Shown here in pieces: positions 57,487 to 64,000 of a stretch of DNA of 64,000 bases (position 1 is the stretch's first letter; every line of letters starts with the position of its first letter). Source of the DNA: Candidatus Latescibacterota bacterium (GTDB lineage: Bacteria; Latescibacterota; UBA2968; GCA-2709665). Where the stretch lies: NCBI GenBank assembly GCA_965248435.1, contig OZ252100.1:2304001-2368000 (forward strand), read 5' to 3'. A program made the translations under genes and the position numbers. Below the pieces are notes generated by a model. The model searched no databases and was not told the DNA's origin. It was given only the letters and a program-made list of their open reading frames with translations.

Positions 57487-57501
57487 GAGAGGGTGCTCTG
57501 C

Positions 57502-58770
57502 ATGACCGTTCACGAATTGAAAGGGAAGACCATCGCGCTTGCGGCCTCAGGCGGTCTGGACAGCTGTACCATCTGTAGATGGCTGGCGGATCAGGGTGTG
57601 ACCGTGGTCGCCGTAACGGCGGACGTCGGACAACCTGACGAGGTGGACATCGGTGAGGTCGGCGAACGGATGCTGGCCTGCGGCGCTGATGAGGCGGTGG
57701 TGATTGACCTGAGGCAGGAACTGGCCCAGGAGGCCGTTACCCTGCTCGTCGCCGGCGCCCGGTACGAGGGCGGATACTGGAATACGACTGGAATTGCACG
57801 CCACGTAACGACACGCGGGATCCTGAAGGAAATGACCGCGCGTGGAATCTCCGTGCTGGCTCACGGGGCCACAGGACGTGGCAACGATCAGGTCCGATTT
57901 CAGCTCGTGGCGAACATGACCGATCCTTCGGTTCAGGTCTACGCCCCCTGGAGAGACGACAATTTCCTCGAGCATTTCGGGGGTCGCCGTGAGATGATCG
58001 CCTATTGTCAGGCACGTTCGCTTCCCGTCAAGGCCACCCAGGAAAAACCCTACTCGACAGACGCGAACATACTCGGCCTGACGCACGAAGCGGGACGCCT
58101 GGAATACCTGGATGTTGGCGCCGACTTTATCGAGCCTGGCATGGGTGTCTTCCCTCAGAACGCACCCGATGAGCCGGAACGCTTTTCTGTTGCGCTGGAG
58201 GAGGGTCGCCCCACGAGCGTCAACGGGGAGGATGTGGATCCGCTCAGCGCCCTCCTGAAGGCGAACGAAATCGGGGGTCGCCACGGCGTTGGCATCGGCA
58301 TCCACACCGTGGAAAACCGATTTGTCGGAATCAAGTCCCGAGGCGTGTATGAAAGTCCCGGCCTTTCGCTCCTTGCCTCATGCTACGAGTTTCTTCTGCA
58401 GCAGGTCCTGGACCGCAGGGCCCGGCGACTGTATGAGACGCTCTCCTCGACTCTGGCGGAACAGATCTATCAAGGCTACTACTATGACCTGGCCTCTCAG
58501 ATGATGAAGGGGGCCCTCCAGGTACTCAGCGCACATCTCACGGGCTCGGTCACCGTTCTGGTCTACAAGGGGACGGTCCTCTACCAGGCGTCTGAACGGG
58601 TCTCCTCCTCCCTCTACGCCCCGGAATTGTCATCCATGGAAGCGGTCGGAGACTACGACCACAGGGACTCAGAGGGCTTCTTGAACGTACTGGGCGTGAG
58701 TGCCAAGGCGCAACACACCTCCGGTCAGACGAAGACTGAAAACAGCGGATTCGAAAATGGCGAAACCTGA
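57502..58770 (+). CDS. argG: argininosuccinate synthase
   Basis: SGGLDS, HGATGRGNDQVRF, YSTDAN and ENRFVGIKSRGVYE motifs. Confidence 0.96.
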   Translation: MTVHELKGKTIALAASGGLDSCTICRWLADQGVTVVAVTADVGQPDEVDIGEVGERMLACGADEAVVIDLRQELAQEAVTLLVAGARYEGGYWNTTGIARHVTTRGILKEMTARGISVLAHGATGRGNDQVRFQLVANMTDPSVQVYAPWRDDNFLEHFGGRREMIAYCQARSLPVKATQEKPYSTDANILGLTHEAGRLEYLDVGADFIEPGMGVFPQNAPDEPERFSVALEEGRPTSVNGEDVDPLSALLKANEIGGRHGVGIGIHTVENRFVGIKSRGVYESPGLSLLASCYEFLLQQVLDRRARRLYETLSSTLAEQIYQGYYYDLASQMMKGALQVLSAHLTGSVTVLVYKGTVLYQASERVSSSLYAPELSSMEAVGDYDHRDSEGFLNVLGVSAKAQHTSGQTKTENSGFENGET

Positions 58771-60154
58771 CAAACTCTGGAGTGGCAGATTTTCCAAACC
58801 CACCGGCCTCGACATGGAGCGGTTTAACGCCTCCATCGGGTTCGACCAAAGGCTCTACCGGGTCGATATCCGGGGCAGCCGCGCCTATGCCGAGGCCCTT
58901 GAACGAATCGGCGTCTTCACACCCGAAGAGCGGGACAAGGTTGTGGAAGGGTTGCGTCAGGTAGAACAGGAGATCGAGGTCGGCCAACTCTCGATGACGC
59001 CCGATCTCGAAGACATTCATACTGCGGTAGAGACAAGACTGTTCGAAATCGTCGGTCCTCTCGCAGGGAAACTCCATACCGGCCGGAGTCGAAACGATCA
59101 AGTCGCCCTGGATGAGCGCCTCTACCTCAGGGAAGCCATTGCGCAGACCATCGATCTGATCGACCGGCTTCAGGCTGTTGTTCTCGATTCGGCTGAAGAA
59201 CACCTCGATATCCTGATGGCGGGCTATACGCACCTGCAGCAGGCCCAGCCGATACGGTTCTCGCACTACGAAATGGCGCTTTTCTGGATGCTCGACCGGG
59301 ATCGAGGAAGGTTCGTGGACTGTGGAAACCGGGCGGACGCCATGCCGCTCGGGTCTGGAGCCCTCGCCGGCAGCGCCTATCCTCTGGACCGGGAGGCCCT
59401 GGCATCGGAGCTGGGATTCTCTCGCATCACTGAGAACAGCATCGATGCAGTCAGCGACAGAGACTATATCCTGGAATACCTTTCTGCATCAGCGATCCTG
59501 CTCGGGCATCTGAGCCGGTTTTCTGAAGATCTGATCATCTGGTCTTCCTCGGAGTTCGGATTCGTAGCGCTCGATGAAGCCTACTGCACAGGCTCCAGCA
59601 TGATGCCCCAGAAGAGGAATCCGGACGCCCTCGAGCTGGTTCGGGGAAAGACAGGTCGCGTTTACGGCAACCTGATCTCTCTCCTGACGGTTATGAAGGG
59701 GATTCCCCTGACCTACGCGAAAGACATGCAGGAAGATAAGGAACCCTTGTTCGACACGGTGGATACGGTCTGTTCGGTCCTGGAAGTCGTCGCCGGCGCC
59801 TGGAAAACCCTGAGGGTCAGACAGGAGCGCATCAACTCCCAGATGGACGGGATGATACTGGCCACCGACCTGGCAGACTACCTGGCGCGAAAAGGCCTGC
59901 CGTTTCGGGAGTGCCACGGCATCGTGGGGCGTCTCGTGAGGTCTGCTTCCGAGATGGGAAAACGACTGGAAGAGCTGGACCTCGGAACCCTGAGGACCGC
60001 CTCAGATGCCTTCGGCCCCGACGTCAGCGATCTCCTATCTCCTGAGAAAAGCACCTCCAGGAGAGAGCTCCGCGGCGGAACCGGAAAGCGCGCGGTCACG
60101 CAGCAGATCTCAGAGGCGCGCCGTGTCCTCGAATCTCGGATACAGTCTGAATGA
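58757..60154 (+). CDS. argH: argininosuccinate lyase
   Basis: LWSGRF, HTGRSRNDQV, GYTHLQQAQP and GSSMMPQKRNPD motifs. Confidence 0.97.
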   Translation: MAKPDKLWSGRFSKPTGLDMERFNASIGFDQRLYRVDIRGSRAYAEALERIGVFTPEERDKVVEGLRQVEQEIEVGQLSMTPDLEDIHTAVETRLFEIVGPLAGKLHTGRSRNDQVALDERLYLREAIAQTIDLIDRLQAVVLDSAEEHLDILMAGYTHLQQAQPIRFSHYEMALFWMLDRDRGRFVDCGNRADAMPLGSGALAGSAYPLDREALASELGFSRITENSIDAVSDRDYILEYLSASAILLGHLSRFSEDLIIWSSSEFGFVALDEAYCTGSSMMPQKRNPDALELVRGKTGRVYGNLISLLTVMKGIPLTYAKDMQEDKEPLFDTVDTVCSVLEVVAGAWKTLRVRQERINSQMDGMILATDLADYLARKGLPFRECHGIVGRLVRSASEMGKRLEELDLGTLRTASDAFGPDVSDLLSPEKSTSRRELRGGTGKRAVTQQISEARRVLESRIQSE

Positions 60155-60780
60155 TTCAATCCTTCAGCGAAAGAGACGTCCGGAGGCATTACGATCTCCT
60201 CCAGCATAGAGACGAACTGAGTTTGACGGAACTAAAGGTTCTGGACGGAACGCAAATCATCGGGATCGGACTGTTCGACAACGAAGATGACTTCGTCGAG
60301 GAGTGCAGACGCTACAACGGGCTGGGCAGCCTTCATGTTGGAATCAACCCGAGGTCTCTCCGTCTGATGAAAGACCTGGGAGGACTGAAGAACCGTGTGC
60401 GCACCCTTTTCCAGGACGTTGCCGGTGAGAATGCCATCGATCACATAACCGGAATCGCGGTTCCCGGAGGGAGTGACCTGACGGAGAAGGCCAACCGACA
60501 TCGTCGCGATACGACCATCATGTTTGAGCGAGAGATCTTCTTCCCGATGGACAAACCGATCCCGGTTCAACGTGGAGGCCACCAGGAAGTAGAAGAGCGC
60601 ATCGCTCTCTGGCTGTATGGAGACAGGGAAGCACCTGCCCCTCCGCTCACCCATTTCGCGCGGGTGACGGGCACGATGTTGCCGGAAGGGGGCTGGCTGA
60701 GAAGACGAACGCGGTTCTGGAGATATCGGCCCTACATCCTGGGCGGCATCTCAGCGGAGATCCTTGAAAACAACGCCTGA
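60151..60780 (+). CDS. hypothetical protein (possible degenerate primase-like fold)
   Basis: 209 aa ORF overlapping the argH stop (ATGA); LHVGINPR and ARVTGT. Confidence 0.65.
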   Translation: MIQSFSERDVRRHYDLLQHRDELSLTELKVLDGTQIIGIGLFDNEDDFVEECRRYNGLGSLHVGINPRSLRLMKDLGGLKNRVRTLFQDVAGENAIDHITGIAVPGGSDLTEKANRHRRDTTIMFEREIFFPMDKPIPVQRGGHQEVEERIALWLYGDREAPAPPLTHFARVTGTMLPEGGWLRRRTRFWRYRPYILGGISAEILENNA

Positions 60781-60807
60781 GCCCTCTATGGCCTCATCGA
60801 TCCCTAC

Positions 60808-60841
60808 AAAAGCGGGTTAGGCGACCCGCTTTTTTGTTTTT
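60808..60841 (+). terminator. intrinsic terminator of the arg operon
   Basis: AAAAGCGGGT-TAGGCG-ACCCGCTTTTTTGTTTTT. Confidence 0.8.
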
Positions 60842-61066
60842 ACAGATGAATTTCGTCGCCAAGAGCCTGTCCTGCCTGCACCGAGTAGGCCGAAAGGCCG
60901 TACCGAGGTGAGCGAGCGAAGCGAGTCGAAGGGGCGGCTCTACCAGATTACCCACCTTCGCGACGCAGTTTCTCTCTTCGGAGACGGAACATCCAGCGCG
61001 GATCATCGTTTAAGTGATTGACGAAAAGCTTTCTGTTCACGAGATACCCGATACGTGATACGATCC

Positions 61067-61095
61067 TTGACCTCATATTCCATCTGCAGTACATT
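61067..61095 (+). promoter_or_regulatory. putative sigma70 promoter
   Basis: TTGACC-N17-TACATT followed by an AGGAGG RBS. Confidence 0.45.
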
Positions 61096-61132
61096 CAGTT
61101 TCTAGTTCGACTGCCCCTGTCAGGAGGAGCTT

Positions 61133-62146
61133 ATGTTCAGAAAAACCGTCGCTTTGATAACCGTCTTTTCTCTGATCTGCAGCACCCTCGCCCCTGTGGG
61201 AAGTGCTCACGCCGCAGTGGAGAAGGAAGCCGCTGAGGAAACAGAGGAGAGCAAGACCATTCGCACGATCGTCTCCCGCGACTCGGGCTGGGCGATCGTG
61301 GATGTTCGAACGATGTCTGGAAATATCGTCGTCGTCAGTCCGGTTGTGGGTCGAGAAATCGACTTCGAAGAGAGCAACCGGTTTGCGATGTTTCACGGAA
61401 GGAATGAGTATAACAAAAAGATCAGGCTTTCACTGTTGAACATGGGCGTCCCGGGCTTTCAGTCTGCGGTCTTTCTCAAGAGAGACGGTGAGAAGGCCGA
61501 CGTAAGGGTCCGCTTTCGCTCCGGCCCCACGATCGAAAGTCGCATGTTCCCGCTAGAAGGCCTGGAAGACCTTCGCATGACTCGCGAATACATCGAGAAT
61601 TTCTCGGAGATCCAAAAGGGGGAATACACGATCGGGAAGGAATCAAAAATAAAATCCGATGCGGAGTATCCCAAAGTTACAGACGAGCTGATTTCGTTCG
61701 AACAGCGCGTTCCCAAGTTCGCGCTTTATACTCGGACCCCGGGCCAGGTTTCCTTGAAGAACGGAGACCGCTTGAGTGGTGAATTCGTCCCTTTCTACGA
61801 AGATGATCGTATCCTCCTGCAGACCGAGTTTGACACGCGTCGAATCGCGGTCGGTGACATAGAACGCCTTATTTTTCACGGAAATCGCGGGGCGTGGGCA
61901 GCCCGTGAGGCTGTTATGGGCGCAGTCGGCGGAGCGGCCACGGGCGCGCTCATCGGTGCACTCTCGGCGTGGCAGTCCGGCGGGTCCGCGCGTGAATGGG
62001 CCGTGTTCGGCGCAACTTTCTTTGCAGTCGCCGGTTTCATCACCGGGTTGCTGACTGGGGCACGCACCGCGCGAGGGGAGCAGGAGTACGTACTCGGACC
62101 GCTGCCGGATAAAGAGAAGAGTAAACGTAAAAAAAGTGAAAAGTGA
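61133..62146 (+). CDS. exported protein with a C-terminal glycine-zipper membrane segment
   Basis: Signal peptide ending AHA-A; GAVGGAATGALIGA; AGGAGG RBS. Confidence 0.7.
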   Translation: MFRKTVALITVFSLICSTLAPVGSAHAAVEKEAAEETEESKTIRTIVSRDSGWAIVDVRTMSGNIVVVSPVVGREIDFEESNRFAMFHGRNEYNKKIRLSLLNMGVPGFQSAVFLKRDGEKADVRVRFRSGPTIESRMFPLEGLEDLRMTREYIENFSEIQKGEYTIGKESKIKSDAEYPKVTDELISFEQRVPKFALYTRTPGQVSLKNGDRLSGEFVPFYEDDRILLQTEFDTRRIAVGDIERLIFHGNRGAWAAREAVMGAVGGAATGALIGALSAWQSGGSAREWAVFGATFFAVAGFITGLLTGARTARGEQEYVLGPLPDKEKSKRKKSEK

Positions 62147-62161
62147 AGGTCTGGGGGGATC

Positions 62162-62674
62162 ATGCTCATCATACCGTTCAACGGGAAAACGCCTTTGATC
62201 CACGAAACGGCCTATCTGGCCGAAGGGGCGGTGGTTATCGGGGACGTGGAGATCGGGGCTGAGGCAGGCATCTGGTTTAACGCCGTCTTGAGAGGCGACG
62301 TAGAACCGATTCGGATCGGCGCGCGATCAAACGTCCAGGATGGGGCCGTGCTCCACACAGACCCCGGTTGCCCGTGCACGGTAGGTGAATCGGTGACCGT
62401 CGGCCACAATGTCATCCTGCACGGTTGTCTCGTCGAAGACGGCGCGACGGTCGGCATGGGGGCCACCGTGCTCAACAGGGCTCGAGTGGGAGAGGAGGCA
62501 TTCGTGGCAGCCAACGCACTGGTGCTCGAAGACACGGAAATCCCGCCTCGAACGCTGGTCGCCGGTATACCGGCCAAGCCGAAGCGAGAACTGACGAAGG
62601 AGCAGGCCGCGAGCTTCAGGAAAAATGCCGATGGATACGTCCGGCGCGCCGGGGTCTATCTAGACGCTCGATAG
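62162..62674 (+). CDS. gamma-carbonic anhydrase family protein (YrdA/PaaY-like)
   Basis: LRGDV, SNVQDGAVLH and TVGHNVILHGC hexapeptide repeats. Confidence 0.93.
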   Translation: MLIIPFNGKTPLIHETAYLAEGAVVIGDVEIGAEAGIWFNAVLRGDVEPIRIGARSNVQDGAVLHTDPGCPCTVGESVTVGHNVILHGCLVEDGATVGMGATVLNRARVGEEAFVAANALVLEDTEIPPRTLVAGIPAKPKRELTKEQAASFRKNADGYVRRAGVYLDAR

Positions 62675-62723
62675 AATCATCCAGCCTCTCCTGCCCAGGA
62701 AGGACCAGCACAAGGTCAGCACT

Positions 62724-63143
62724 TTGAAAGAAGGTCGACCGGATGAAAGCGTGGAGAAGGGCCTGGAAACAGGACTCCGGCAGTTCAACGACGAGGATTT
62801 CTTCGAATGCCACGACACCTGGGAGGACGTGTGGATGGGCCTTCGTGGGAACGAAAGGCCGTTCTTTCAAGGTCTCATCCAGATCGCGGTGGGCTACTAT
62901 CACCTGACGTGTGAGAACTATCCTGGAGCAGAACATCTGTTGGCGAGAGGGATAGCGAAGCTGGAGAAATTTTCGCCGAGCCACCGCGGGATCGATGTAG
63001 CCGATCTCCTGGAAAAGGCTTCAGGGGCGCTTTCTCAGACGATCGATCTACGGTCCGGCGAGCGCGAGCCATCTGAGTTCGACCCCTTCCCGAAAATTCG
63101 AAAAACGAACACGGGAGTCTTTGAAAATCAGAAAGGAACATGA
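62724..63143 (+). CDS. DUF309 domain protein
   Basis: FFECHDTWEDVW and QGLIQIAVGYYH. Confidence 0.88.
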   Translation: MKEGRPDESVEKGLETGLRQFNDEDFFECHDTWEDVWMGLRGNERPFFQGLIQIAVGYYHLTCENYPGAEHLLARGIAKLEKFSPSHRGIDVADLLEKASGALSQTIDLRSGEREPSEFDPFPKIRKTNTGVFENQKGT

Positions 63144-63679
63144 GCGTGGGCGCGCGATACTTGGCACTCTCGGTCCTGCCCGTTGCCCTCTGTCTCAGCT
63201 GCGGGTCTTCTGACCCTACAGGCAGTTCAGAAGGGCCGCCGGCGGGCTCCCAGGCGCAGGTCGTATTCATCACACTGAATGATTACGACAGCTACCTTGC
63301 ACGGGTCTTCGAAGTGGCGAGGCCCATGCCGGTGATGGTCCAGGAGTTTGCCGCGATTACGGAGGACTGGCTCAGTCAGCGCACCTCCGATTACTGGACG
63401 CTCCAATTCACGCTGAACCTCGTCGAGCGCGTGGAGAAAATCGAGAAAGCGGTGAAGGGGATTCGTCCTCAGGATCCACAACTCGCAGAGCTGCACACGG
63501 GATTCGAGGCTGCGCTGGAGACCTATGGGGATGCATTCAAGCACTTCGGGAATCAAATAGAGTTCAGAAGCCGGGAACTCCTGGATGAAGTCAACGAGAA
63601 GGTCCGCCAGGGGAACGTCCACCTCATCCGATTTCAGGTCCTCCTGGGCAATCTGGCCGGTAGAGAGATCACTTTCTAG
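63140..63679 (+). CDS. hypothetical lipoprotein
   Basis: Lipobox-like CLSC followed by a Ser/Gly linker and a helical body. Confidence 0.65.
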   Translation: MSVGARYLALSVLPVALCLSCGSSDPTGSSEGPPAGSQAQVVFITLNDYDSYLARVFEVARPMPVMVQEFAAITEDWLSQRTSDYWTLQFTLNLVERVEKIEKAVKGIRPQDPQLAELHTGFEAALETYGDAFKHFGNQIEFRSRELLDEVNEKVRQGNVHLIRFQVLLGNLAGREITF

Positions 63680-63688
63680 ATCACGCAC

Positions 63689-64000
63689 ATGTCAGAATTC
63701 TACAAGATCCTCGTCGTAGATGACGACCCGAATGTCCTGCTCGCCATTCGAAAGGCGCTCGAAATGGGAGGATACGCCGTTCAAGTGGCCCCAGACGGCC
63801 CGGAGGCGCTGGAGCTGGCGCGTGATTGGCCCCCCGACCTGATCCTCTGCGATTACCAGATGCCGAAGATGAATGGCGTGGAAGTCTTTCAGGAGATGCG
63901 GAAAACCTGCCCCGATGCCGTGCGGATCCTCGTCACCGGCCAGGCCGAGCTCGGGGTCGCGATGGACGCGATCAACAACGGAGGCATCTACAAGTTTATC
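63689..64000 (+). CDS. response regulator receiver domain protein, truncated at the window end
   Basis: Manual translation: MSEFYKILVVDDDPNV...PDLILCDYQMPKMNGVE...RILVTGQA...IYKFI. Confidence 0.9.
   Translation, partial: MSEFYKILVVDDDPNVLLAIRKALEMGGYAVQVAPDGPEALELARDWPPDLILCDYQMPKMNGVEVFQEMRKTCPDAVRILVTGQAELGVAMDAINNGGIYKFI

Noticed and set aside
60860-60940. ncRNA after the arg terminator (hairpin GGCCGAAAGGCC)
   Set aside because: Looks like a palindromic dispersed repeat (related motif near 49050-49080) rather than a known RNA family; the evidence is insufficient.

Overview
A GC-rich bacterial chromosomal segment with about 60 CDSs; the gene content and intergenic repeats suggest an uncultured diderm lineage such as Ca. 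Latescibacterota, but that is only an impression. I recognised no rRNA, tRNA, CRISPR array or intact transposase. From 1 to 40 kb almost every gene is on the minus strand. This part holds a small-molecule metabolism cluster (cupin, AIR-synthase-like protein, HAD, Fe-ADH, LarA-like protein, ECF ATPase) and an accessory patch (frameshifted aminoglycoside-nucleotidyltransferase-like gene, NUDIX, DUF1016 remnant, Panacea antitoxin with a MazF-like toxin). It continues with an ECF sigma/anti-sigma/MotA-like trio, an LLM, DUF362 and UbiA genes, and a peptidase-propeller-Omp85 protein. It ends with a long co-directional run: ndk-yceD-rpmF-fabH-fabD-fabG-acpP-fabF (no plsX), rnc, a lipoate ligase, an orphan GlmL, a peptide ABC transporter and an uncharacterised membrane module. 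The standout feature is a four-gene plus-strand operon at 40.35-46.72 kb, divergent from the fab run. It encodes a fatty acyl reductase, an unusual HxxxxD acyltransferase, an animal-like alkyl-DHAP synthase (AGPS) and a DHRS7B-like SDR. These match the steps of the eukaryotic peroxisomal ether-lipid pathway. The rest of the window holds bioAD, an acetamidase, a beta-CASP nuclease with a duplicated C-terminal module, an ARG-box-preceded argR-C-B-D-G-H operon and several hypotheticals. All family assignments come from motif recognition by eye; no database searches were run.
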